Source: Ktedonobacterales bacterium (GTDB taxonomy: Bacteria > Chloroflexota > Ktedonobacteria > Ktedonobacterales > JADMIN01). Taken from it: 32,000 nucleotides of DNA. This document shows positions 15,736 to 24,017 of the stretch, piece by piece. The notes beneath the pieces were generated by a model that searched no databases, was not told where the DNA came from, and saw only the letters and a program-made list of their open reading frames with translations. The position numbers and the translations under genes are program-made. The stretch lies in the NCBI GenBank assembly GCA_030167145.1, contig CP126532.1, positions 2,190,001 to 2,222,000 of the forward strand, in the 5' to 3' direction. How positions within the stretch are numbered: position 1 is the stretch's first letter; every line of letters begins with the position of its first letter.

Positions 15736-16905
15736 CTACAGCGCGGCGAAGAAGGTCGCGATGTCGCGCGCCAGTAGCTCAGGCTCTTCGGCTGGCGCGA
15801 AGTGGCCGCCGCTCGGCATCGGTGTCCACTGGCGGACGTTGTAGAGGCGCTCGCCCCACTCACGTGGCGGCTTGCCCTCGTCGGCGGATTGGTGGGCGAA
15901 GACGGCGATCCCGGAGGGCGCCTGGACGAAGTCGGAGGGGCCGAGCGTGTGGTCGAACCAGCGATTGTCGAAGTAGTCGCGCATGGAGGACGAGATGGTC
16001 TGCGTAGCCCAATAGATCGTCAGGTTGGTCAGCAGGAAATCGCGTGAGAAGCGCGTCGTGAGATCGCCGTGGGAGTCCGACCACGCCCGCCACTTCTCCA
16101 GGATCCACGCGGCCAAGCCTGCCGGTGAGTCGTTCAGCCCGTACGCGAGTGTTTGGGGCCGGGTGGATTGGATAGCCTTGTACCCGCCTTCCATCTGCCA
16201 AAACGCCTCGCTGTGGGCGAGAAAGCGGCGCTCAGCCTCGGAGAGCGGCTGTGACTCTGGACCCGTGTAGGGCGGGATTTCCAGATTGCTCAGGTGGATG
16301 CCAATCAACGGCGCCGGGTCATCCAGCGCCATGAAGGTGGTGACCCCTGCCCCAAAGTCCCCGCCACCCGCGCCATAGCGCGCATAGCCGAGGCCGCGCA
16401 TGAGGCGGTGCCACAACGCCGCGGTGTACCGGTAGTTTACACCGGTGTGCGCGGGCCGCTCGGAGAAGCCATAGCCAGGCAGAGAGGGGATGACAACGTC
16501 AAACGCAGGCCCAGCGATACCATGAGCCGCCGGATCCGTCAAGAATGGTACGAGCGGCAGCAACTCAACGAACGTGCTGGGCCAACCGTGGGTCAAGATC
16601 AACGGGATCCCCAGTCCGCCTACCGCTCGCTCGTGGACGAAGTGGATGTGGACGCCATCGAGTTCGGCGCGGAAGTGATGGAATGAGTTCACCTCGCGCT
16701 CATGCGACCGCCAGTCGAACTCGTCGGCCCAATACCTGAGCATCTGCTTCAGATAGTCCAGATTGGTGCCCTGCTCCCACCCGCTGCCTGGTATCTGATT
16801 GGGCCAGCGCGTCTTGTGGATACGCGCCCGCAGGTCAGTGAGCACCTCCTCCTCGATCTGGATCGAGAAGGGTGTGATGCTCAGGGGCTGGCTGGGTTGG
16901 CTCAT
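15736..16905 (-). CDS. Epoxide hydrolase (alpha/beta hydrolase with EHN N-terminal domain, microsomal-EH-like)
   Basis: The start is the ATG at complement 16903-16905 (GAGGGAG SD). ITPFSIQIEEEVLTDLRARIHKTRWP...FHHFRAELDGVHIHFVHER...LILTHGWPSTFVE...GGDFGAG...GGHFAPAEEPELLARDI follows the EHN-domain epoxide hydrolase layout (HGWP oxyanion motif, nucleophile Asp, C-terminal His). Confidence 0.85.
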   Translation of the reverse strand: MSQPSQPLSITPFSIQIEEEVLTDLRARIHKTRWPNQIPGSGWEQGTNLDYLKQMLRYWADEFDWRSHEREVNSFHHFRAELDGVHIHFVHERAVGGLGIPLILTHGWPSTFVELLPLVPFLTDPAAHGIAGPAFDVVIPSLPGYGFSERPAHTGVNYRYTAALWHRLMRGLGYARYGAGGGDFGAGVTTFMALDDPAPLIGIHLSNLEIPPYTGPESQPLSEAERRFLAHSEAFWQMEGGYKAIQSTRPQTLAYGLNDSPAGLAAWILEKWRAWSDSHGDLTTRFSRDFLLTNLTIYWATQTISSSMRDYFDNRWFDHTLGPSDFVQAPSGIAVFAHQSADEGKPPREWGERLYNVRQWTPMPSGGHFAPAEEPELLARDIATFFAAL

Positions 16906-17229
16906 GGCGGCTGACTCCCTCGTACAATCATACGCGCGGCTAGGCCGATCACTGGCTCTCAAAAGCGCCCGCCTGACATAGCATTCGACCCTTAAAGTGG
17001 GGGGCTGGAAACTGGCCATCCTTTTGCTCACACGCCTGGTGTCACGGCGCCTCCCGGCGATGCCAAGAGCGATTGCTGGTGAGCAGGGCGGCATCCTGCC
17101 GGTGCTGACCATGTCCATCTCCATTATAGTCTAGCGTCCCTGCCAAAAGCTAACTGGACTGAGTACGAGTCGGCGTCTGAAAAGGCCCAATGCAGTTGGG
17201 TGAGCAGCAAAAGCGAAAAGGGGCGACGG

Positions 17230-17583
17230 CTAGGTGTCGTCGGGGGGTGGGCTGGTGCGCTGGCGTTTGGTCGCTGAGGCGCGGCGCTTTTCGTCGAGGC
17301 GGCGCTCGCGGCTGGCGGTGGTGGGTTTAGTGGGGACGCGGGGCACGTCTTCGCGCTGGAGTTCTTCGAGGCGGGCGGCCATGCGGGCGAAGGCGGCTTC
17401 GCGGTTGGCGGATTGCGAGCGGCGCTCAGTGGCGGTGACGGTGATGCCCGTGGGGCGGTGGGTGAGACGGACGGCGGTTTCAACTTTGTTGCGGTTCTGG
17501 CCGCCGGGGCCGGTGGCGCGGAGGAATTCGATGTCGCAGTCGCGTTCGAGCGAGGCGCGGTCGGTGGGGTAGATGGTGGGCAT
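17230..17583 (-). CDS. arfB: Alternative ribosome-rescue factor ArfB (peptidyl-tRNA hydrolase, RF-1 domain with GGQ)
   Basis: 117 aa with the GPGGQNRNKVETAV GGQ motif and a basic C-terminal tail (RERRLDEKRRASATKRQR). Size and layout match E. coli ArfB/YaeJ. Confidence 0.8.
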   Translation of the reverse strand: MPTIYPTDRASLERDCDIEFLRATGPGGQNRNKVETAVRLTHRPTGITVTATERRSQSANREAAFARMAARLEELQREDVPRVPTKPTTASRERRLDEKRRASATKRQRTSPPPDDT

Positions 17584-17727
17584 GCGCAGAGGCTCCTCTG
17601 GTGGCCGTACACCTTGCTGCGGCCGGTGTGCTGTAGGGCAAGCATATCACGCGGGCATGCGCTGCTGTGGGGCATGAGAAGAGGGCGGCCAGATGGCCGC
17701 CCGTGTATTGAAGCCGTGCGCTATTGA

Positions 17728-18432
17728 CTAGCCGCCAAGGTAGGCGCGGCGAACGAGGTCGTTGGTGAGCAGGTTTTTGGCGGTGTCGGCGAGGACAATG
17801 CGCCCTTGCTGCAGGACGTAGCCACGGTCGGCGATGTTGAGCGCCATGAAGGCGTTTTGCTCGACGAGGAAGACGGTGACGCCCTGGTCGCGAATGCGCT
17901 GGATGGTGTCGAAGACGGTCTGGACGAGAATGGGCGAGAGGCCCATCGAAGGCTCGTCCATGCAGACGAGGCGGGGGCTGGCCATGAGGGCGCGACCTAT
18001 GGCGAGCATTTGTTGCTCGCCGCCGGAAAGGGTGCCCGCGAGCTGGGTGGCGCGCTCTTTGAGGCGGGGAAAGAGCGTGAGCACTCGGTCCAGGTCGGCC
18101 TGGATGGCGGCGGTGTCTTTGCGGATGTAGGCGCCCATCTGCAAGTTTTCCATGACGGACATGCGCGGGAAGACGCGCCGGGCTTCGGGGACCAGCACCA
18201 GCCCACGGCTGACGATTTCTTTGGTGGGGGTGCGGTCTATGCGCTGGTCTGCGAAGGAGACGGCGCCTTTGGTGGGGCGCACGAGACCGAGAATGGTCTT
18301 CATGGTGGTGGTTTTGCCAGCGGCGTTGGCGCCGAGCAGGGTGACGATCTCGCCCTGGTTGACTTCGAGCGAGACGTTTTTGAGGATGTGGCTTGGGCCG
18401 TAGTAGGTATCAACTCCATCGAGCTTGAGCAT
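17728..18432 (-). CDS. livF: Branched-chain amino acid ABC transporter ATP-binding protein (LivF type)
   Basis: 234 aa with Walker A GANAAGKTT, signature LSGGEQQML and Walker B LVCMDEPSMGL. The terminal RRAYLGG is typical of LivF. A GGAGG SD is present. Confidence 0.9.
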   Translation of the reverse strand: MLKLDGVDTYYGPSHILKNVSLEVNQGEIVTLLGANAAGKTTTMKTILGLVRPTKGAVSFADQRIDRTPTKEIVSRGLVLVPEARRVFPRMSVMENLQMGAYIRKDTAAIQADLDRVLTLFPRLKERATQLAGTLSGGEQQMLAIGRALMASPRLVCMDEPSMGLSPILVQTVFDTIQRIRDQGVTVFLVEQNAFMALNIADRGYVLQQGRIVLADTAKNLLTNDLVRRAYLGG

Positions 18433-18443
18433 GTAGACCTCCG

Positions 18444-19583
18444 CTAGACTGCTGCTTTGCGGCCCAGATATGCCTCGATGACCTGCTCGTTGTTCTGAAT
18501 TTCAGCGGGCAGACCCTGGGCGATTTTCTTGCCATAGTCGAGCACGGCGATTTTGTCGGATAGGCCCATGGTGACCTGGAGCTTGTGCTCGATGAGGAGA
18601 ATGGTGAGGCCCATTTCATCGCGTAGCCGCCGGATGTATTTGACGGCGTCGGCGGTCTCGGCGTCGTTCATGCCGGCGGTTGGTTCGTCGAGCAGGAGCA
18701 GTTTGGGCGAGGAGGCCAGCGCGCGGGCAATTTCGACGCGGCGCTTTTCGGCGTAGGAGAGGTTGATGACCAGTTCATCCTGGCGGGCGACCATCTCTGG
18801 ACCGAAGAACGCGAGCAGTTCGAGGGCGCGCGAGCGCGATTTCTTTTCTTCGCCGGTCATATTGGGCAGGCGCAGAATGGAGGAGAAGAGGTCGGCGCGC
18901 AGGCGCGCGTTCATGCCGACCTGGACGTTTTCGAGGACGGTCATGTTGTTGAAGAGACGGATGTTTTGGAAGGTGCGGGCGATGCCGCGTTTGAGCACGC
19001 CGTCTGGGGCGAGGCCGACCAGGCTGTGGCCGTCGAAGATGATGTTGCTGGTGTAGCCCATGATGTCAGGCTCGTATGGGGCGACGTCACCCCAGTAGCC
19101 GCGCCCGGCAACGCCTTTGAAGAAGGCGTTGGAACCGACCCAGAAGCCGAGGGCAAGCGTAATGACCAGCGTGGCGGCCTGGCCGATGAGTTCCTCGAAG
19201 TTCACAATCGGCGAGAAAATGAAGTTGAAGGCGGGAACTACGATGAACTGGAATAACGCCGCGCCAGCCACCGAACAGAGTAGCCATAGCCCCAGCAGCA
19301 GCGGCGCGCGTGTGGCGAGTGTGGCGAATTTGCGGGCCAGGAGCGCGGACTGGTTTTTGATCGCGTTGGGACGGTAGAGGCCGGTAATCAGGTTGAAGAC
19401 GGTGGTTTTACCGGCGCCGTTGGGGCCGATGATGCTGACGATTTCGTTGGGGTAGACGTGCAGGTCTACTTCGGAGACGGCGGCAAGGCCGCCGAATGAT
19501 TTGCTGAGATGCCACAGCTCTAGCAACGGTTTCTGGGCCGTTTGGGCCTCCGCTGGAGCCGGGGCCGGCATGGTTTGGGTCAT
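18444..19583 (-). CDS. livG: Branched-chain amino acid ABC transporter ATP-binding protein (LivG type) with a ~105-aa hydrophobic insertion
   Basis: Walker A GPNGAGKTT, Q-loop ARTFQNIRLF, signature LSYAEKRRVEIARAL, Walker B LLLLDEPTAGM and the C-terminal ...VIEAYLG are all present. At 379 aa it is far longer than E. coli LivG (255 aa), because of residues ~74-180. Confidence 0.9.
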   Translation of the reverse strand: MTQTMPAPAPAEAQTAQKPLLELWHLSKSFGGLAAVSEVDLHVYPNEIVSIIGPNGAGKTTVFNLITGLYRPNAIKNQSALLARKFATLATRAPLLLGLWLLCSVAGAALFQFIVVPAFNFIFSPIVNFEELIGQAATLVITLALGFWVGSNAFFKGVAGRGYWGDVAPYEPDIMGYTSNIIFDGHSLVGLAPDGVLKRGIARTFQNIRLFNNMTVLENVQVGMNARLRADLFSSILRLPNMTGEEKKSRSRALELLAFFGPEMVARQDELVINLSYAEKRRVEIARALASSPKLLLLDEPTAGMNDAETADAVKYIRRLRDEMGLTILLIEHKLQVTMGLSDKIAVLDYGKKIAQGLPAEIQNNEQVIEAYLGRKAAV

Positions 19584-19610
19584 AGTCTGCCTCCTCGTGC
19601 TAGCGATTGC

Positions 19611-20855
19611 CTATTCTTCAAGCTGCCCATCGGGATTGCCGACGACGCCCAGGCCAGGGGGAGCGTCGAGCGCTTCGACAGCGCCCTCGTCGGTGCGCTG
19701 CTCGAAGGTGTGCAGTTCTTGTCGCCTGCGGGCGCTGGGGATGAGGCCTTCTGGTCGGAGGATCATCATCAGGATCAGCACCAGACCGTAGAGCAGGTTG
19801 CGGATCTGGGAGAAGTCGAAGTTGACCAGGATGTTGTGGTCGTGCAGGGTGTTGTTGAGGTAGCCGAGCACGTAGCTATTGACGAAATAGACGACGACGG
19901 CGCCAGCGATGACGCCGGGGATGCTGCCCATGCCACCGAGGACGACCATTACCAGGACGTAGATGGAGATGGAGAAGTCGAACTGGTCGTAGGTGACGGT
20001 GGTGAGGTGCGAGGCGTAGAAGACGCCGGCAAGGCCGCCGAGGGACGCGCCCATGGCAAAGGCGAGCAGCTTGGTGCGCACCAGGTTGACGCCAGAGGCG
20101 GCGGCGGCGGTTTCATCCTCGCGGATGGCGATCCAGGCGCGGCCAAAGCGCGAGTTGCGGATCGAGAGCACGAGGAGCACGGCGAGCAGGCAGAGTATCA
20201 GGATGAAGTAGTAGAACGTCACCTGATTGAGGAAGGAGAATTTGATGGGGCCAAGGGGGGTGGGAATGCTGGAAGGGAGATCGAGGCCGGTGAAGCCGAA
20301 GGCGCCGCCAAGGGCAGCGTTGTTGTGGAAGATGATCGGCACGATCTCGCCGAAGCCGAGGGTGACGATGGCGAGGTAGTCGCCACGGAGGCGCAGGGTG
20401 GGCGCGCCGAGCAGGATGCCGAAGACAGCGGCGACCACGAGGCCACCAAGCAACATCGGCCAGACGGAGAGGGTAATCGGCGTGCCAGGGATGGTTTGGC
20501 CGGGAACCTGGTAGGCGATGCCGCTCTTGGTGCGGATGATGTTGCCGAAGTTGGCCATGGCGTAGGAGTAGGCGCCGAGGGTGAAGAAGGCGACGTAGCC
20601 GAGGTCGAGCAGGCCAGCGTAGCCGACGACGATGTTGAGGCCGAGCGCCATCAGGACGAAGACACCGGCGTTGACGAGCACGGTGACGTGGGTGACGGCG
20701 TCGGAGGTGAAGTCGAGAAAGGGGAAGGCGATGACGAGCGCCAGCACGACAACGGCGACCCAATGGCGTTGCACATATTGAATGACGCCACCCTGGGAAG
20801 GACCTGGTTGGTTCGCTCCGCCCGCTTTGGCTGCGCTGGGTGTAGATGCGGTCAT
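19611..20855 (-). CDS. livM: Branched-chain amino acid ABC transporter permease (LivM type)
   Basis: 414 aa and polytopic, with NIVVGYAGLLDLGYVAFFTLGAYS, the LivM hallmark. A GAGGAGG SD is present. Confidence 0.9.
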   Translation of the reverse strand: MTASTPSAAKAGGANQPGPSQGGVIQYVQRHWVAVVVLALVIAFPFLDFTSDAVTHVTVLVNAGVFVLMALGLNIVVGYAGLLDLGYVAFFTLGAYSYAMANFGNIIRTKSGIAYQVPGQTIPGTPITLSVWPMLLGGLVVAAVFGILLGAPTLRLRGDYLAIVTLGFGEIVPIIFHNNAALGGAFGFTGLDLPSSIPTPLGPIKFSFLNQVTFYYFILILCLLAVLLVLSIRNSRFGRAWIAIREDETAAAASGVNLVRTKLLAFAMGASLGGLAGVFYASHLTTVTYDQFDFSISIYVLVMVVLGGMGSIPGVIAGAVVVYFVNSYVLGYLNNTLHDHNILVNFDFSQIRNLLYGLVLILMMILRPEGLIPSARRRQELHTFEQRTDEGAVEALDAPPGLGVVGNPDGQLEE

Positions 20856-20888
20856 GATGAATACCTCCTCATCAGCAGGATGTGCGGG

Positions 20889-21863
20889 CTAGGCTTTGTC
20901 TGCTGAGGCAACGCCGACGAGACCGGAGGGGCGCAGCACCAGCACGAGCACGAGAACCGCGAAGACGGTGGCGTCTACCCACTCGATGCCAAAGAACTGA
21001 GAAGCGAGGGCTTCGATGAGGCCGACGAGGAAGCCGCCGTAGACGGCGCCTTTGATGTCGCCGATGCCACCGAGGACGGCGGCGGTGAAGGCGACGAGGC
21101 CGACCTTGAAGCCGGTGAAATACCAGATTTGCTGGACTTTCATGGAGTAGACGACGGCGGCAGCGCCAGCCAGCGCGCCGCCGATGAGGAAGGTGACGAA
21201 GATGGTGCGATCAATGTTGACGCCCATCAGGGAGGCGGCTTCGCGGTCCTGGGCGGTGGCGCGCATGGCGCGACCGACGGAGGTGAGCTTGATGAAGCGG
21301 TCGAGGGCGACCATCAAGACGATGGCGAGGATGAGGATGAAGATGTCGAGAGTGGGGATGACGACGCCGCCAATCTGGAGGTTGGTCTGGGGGAAGATGG
21401 TGGGGAAGCGAAGGGGTGAGGGGCCTTTCCAGAGTTTGGCGAGGTCTTCGAGGATGAAGGAGGCGCCAATGGCGGAGATGAGCAGCGCGAGCCGGGGGGC
21501 GCGCTGCAAGGGGCGGTAGGCGAGACGCTCAACGGTGACGTTGATGAGCGCGCTGACGGCCATACAGACGACGAGCAGCAGCGCCAGGACGCCGACGAGG
21601 CTGAGGCCGGTCACCTGGTCTGGGATGTGGAAGATGTCTACAAGGAGCGCGGCGGCAAACGATCCCCACATGAAGACGTCGCCATGGGCAAAATTGATCA
21701 ATTCGATAATGCCGTAGACCATGGTGTAGCCCAGGGCAATCAGCGCGTAGATCGCGCCGAGCGCGATGCCGTTCTCGATCTGCTGCAAGAACGTGGTCAG
21801 GTCGAAGCCAGTCGCGCCCAGAACCCACATATGGGATACATGCAGGGTGAACAGGTTTGGCAT
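20889..21863 (-). CDS. livH: Branched-chain amino acid ABC transporter permease (LivH type)
   Basis: FLQQIENGIALGAIYALIALGYTMVYGIIELINFAHGD is the LivH hallmark. The start could alternatively be the internal ATG at 21830. Confidence 0.9.
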   Translation of the reverse strand: MPNLFTLHVSHMWVLGATGFDLTTFLQQIENGIALGAIYALIALGYTMVYGIIELINFAHGDVFMWGSFAAALLVDIFHIPDQVTGLSLVGVLALLLVVCMAVSALINVTVERLAYRPLQRAPRLALLISAIGASFILEDLAKLWKGPSPLRFPTIFPQTNLQIGGVVIPTLDIFILILAIVLMVALDRFIKLTSVGRAMRATAQDREAASLMGVNIDRTIFVTFLIGGALAGAAAVVYSMKVQQIWYFTGFKVGLVAFTAAVLGGIGDIKGAVYGGFLVGLIEALASQFFGIEWVDATVFAVLVLVLVLRPSGLVGVASADKA

Positions 21864-22044
21864 ACCTCGTCGTCACTCCCCTCTCGTCTCGCGCGTTGCG
21901 CTGCGCCGCGCACGAGACAACGGCATATGACCATGCCCGTCGGCGCGCCCTATCACAAACGCACTATGCCAATGTGAGGTCATTGTACTGCAACGGGGAC
22001 GCAAAAACTAGAAGGTGCGGAGGGTATAGCGCCCCGTGTGACGC

Positions 22045-22076
22045 GAACAGGTTACGTCAGGCGACGTAACCTGTTC
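22045..22076 (-). promoter_or_regulatory. Perfect 14-bp-stem hairpin in the livJ-livH intercistronic region
   Basis: GAACAGGTTACGTC-aggc-GACGTAACCTGTTC lies ~75 nt after the binding-protein stop codon and ~180 nt before livH. No U-tract follows. Confidence 0.6.
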
Positions 22077-22149
22077 TACGTTCTCGCCATGATGAGGTGG
22101 AGGCAGAACAGGAGATGTTGTGCCGCCACCTATTCATGTGTGTGCGATC

Positions 22150-23409
22150 CTACGTGACCGGCACCGTCTTGACGTAGGTCCACTGACCATTCTTGACGGT
22201 GTAGATGCTGAACACCTTGGCGCCGGCGTTGTCGCCGTACTGGTCGAAGGAGATGTGGCCGGTGATGCCGTCATACGAGGTGCCGGCGATATTGGCGAGC
22301 ACGCTGGCACGATCTGGGGCCTTGCCGGAGTCAATCACCTTGTTGATGGCGGCGATCTCGATCATCGCGGCGTCATAGGAGTTGACGCTGTAGGCAATCG
22401 GGTCGGTGTTGAAGGCCGCTTTGTAGTCCGCAACGAACTTGTTGGCGGCGGGGTTGCTGTTGAGGCCGAGGAGGTCCGGGGCCGCGACAGTGCCGGTGGT
22501 GCCTTCAGCGGAGGCGCCGGCGATCTGGGTGAAGGATGGGTCGTCGGCGATACCGTCGCCGCCAACCATCGGGACGCTGCTCATGCCGCCGGAGGACATG
22601 GCCTGGCGGAGGGCCGCGCCGCCGCCGGAGGTGACGCCGCCGTAGAAGACGACATCGGGGGTGGTGGCCTTCATCTTGGAGACGAGGGCGGCGAGCTGGG
22701 TGGTGTTGGCGCCGGTGATCGAGTCGCGGCCAGCGGTTGCGCCGCCACCAGCGGTGAAGTACTGGGTGAAGAAGTCGGCGAGGCCCTTGCCATAGGACTC
22801 GGAGTCGTCTACGACGTAGGCTTTCTTGGCGCCGGCATCAAGGGCGATCTGGGCGTCTTCTTTGCCCTGGACCACGTCGTTGGCGGGGATGCGGAAGTAG
22901 GCTTCCGGCTGGCCGGCGGGGTGCATCTTGGCGAAGTCGAAGCCGTAGGCCTGGGCATACTGCTGAAGCGTGAGGCCAGGGTTGGTGTTGGCGGGGCTGA
23001 TCATCGCGAGGCCAGCCTGAGTGGCAATCGGAATCTCAGCGCCAGCGACGCCGCTGTTGAAGGGGCCGACCATGGCGAGGATGCAGGAGTCGGTGGCCAT
23101 CTTGCCGACGTTGGTCGCGCCCTGGGTGGCGTTGTGGGCGCCGTTGACGGCGTCGTCGAAGGTCTTGATTTGCAGGGTGTAGCCACCATGCAGGGTCTTG
23201 TTCTGCTGCGCCGCGAGCACCGCGCCGTTCTGGGCGGGTAGGCCGGCGGTGGCATCAGTGCCAGAGACTGGGAAGTCTGTGGCGATACATACGGTGCCGC
23301 CCTTGGCGGAACTGGTGCCGCCGACTGCTCCGCAGCCAGCGATACCTGCTACGAATAATGCGCCAACTGCTACTTGAGCCAGCGAGCGCAACACTTTTCG
23401 CTGTTGCAT
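22150..23409 (-). CDS. livJ: Branched-chain amino acid ABC transporter substrate-binding lipoprotein (LivJ/LivK, type I PBP)
   Basis: The start is the ATG at complement 23407-23409 (GGAGGAG SD). The signal/lipobox is MQQRKVLRSLAQVAVGALFVAGIAGCG. The body matches Leu/Ile/Val-binding family features (…IATDFPVSGTDATAGLPAQNGAVLA…VGPFNSGVA…VVFYGG…). Confidence 0.85.
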   Translation of the reverse strand: MQQRKVLRSLAQVAVGALFVAGIAGCGAVGGTSSAKGGTVCIATDFPVSGTDATAGLPAQNGAVLAAQQNKTLHGGYTLQIKTFDDAVNGAHNATQGATNVGKMATDSCILAMVGPFNSGVAGAEIPIATQAGLAMISPANTNPGLTLQQYAQAYGFDFAKMHPAGQPEAYFRIPANDVVQGKEDAQIALDAGAKKAYVVDDSESYGKGLADFFTQYFTAGGGATAGRDSITGANTTQLAALVSKMKATTPDVVFYGGVTSGGGAALRQAMSSGGMSSVPMVGGDGIADDPSFTQIAGASAEGTTGTVAAPDLLGLNSNPAANKFVADYKAAFNTDPIAYSVNSYDAAMIEIAAINKVIDSGKAPDRASVLANIAGTSYDGITGHISFDQYGDNAGAKVFSIYTVKNGQWTYVKTVPVT

Positions 23410-23580
23410 GACGCTTCCGCTCCTCCAAAATGAGATCTGAGCAAAACACACACACCACCGGCCTATCCGGAAGATGCGCCCAATCGTTCACTCCGCCGCG
23501 CGTATGCTGCGGATGAGCTTATTTACGTATACGTCCGTTCCTGTGCAAATCTCACACGAGTCAAGGTAAGATTGCGCGGG

Positions 23581-23603
23581 TGGATAACAGTACAGGTTAT
23601 CCA
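23581..23603. promoter_or_regulatory. Perfect 8-bp inverted repeat in the divergent liv / kdpD control region
   Basis: TGGATAAC-agtacag-GTTATCCA lies ~175 bp upstream of livJ in a lower-GC region. Confidence 0.4.
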
Positions 23604-23920
23604 GGATTGAAATAAGGGAACGCATACAGCTTTGGGCAGCCATTCCGTGATAGGTGGAGGCTATTCTACACGAAGATGTGCCGTTATGCAAGAAGGTGAT
23701 TTTGCTGAGACGCGCGGAGGGCGGCCTGCTGGCACAGGGGAGCGGGGGGCGAGAGGAAATTGAGAGAAAATTGTGAGGAAATATCCAGTCTGAGACGCCG
23801 TGGCTCATCCTGTGGCACTGGCGCGGCGCTGGGCACGCGCAATCGTCGTGTATGCATGATTTGTATGCGCGATGGCGGGTGTATGTTCATATAAGGTCGT
23901 AGACGCGCGTCATCAGAGCA

Positions 23921-23950
23921 TTGACGCGGCGCGCCGCCGGTGGACAGAAT
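23921..23950 (+). promoter_or_regulatory. Possible promoter for kdpDE
   Basis: TTGACG (23921-23926), 18-bp spacer, CAGAAT (23945-23950). This is a pattern match only. Confidence 0.25.
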
Positions 23951-24017
23951 ATGGGCCGATGCGTGATGGCGCGGCTAGTGGGTGAGCGCGCCTATACACA
24001 GCAGGGTGAAGCGTGCT

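Noticed and set aside
23581-23603. Replication origin (oriC), suggested by the DnaA-box-like half-sites
   Set aside because: There are only two imperfect boxes, no cluster, no AT-rich unwinding element with 13-mer-like repeats, and no dnaA/dnaN/gyrB nearby.
23488-23890. Small minus-strand ORFs (106 and 68 aa) in the liv/kdpD divergent region
   Set aside because: They lie in a lower-GC regulatory region, have no SD, and their translations do not look protein-like.
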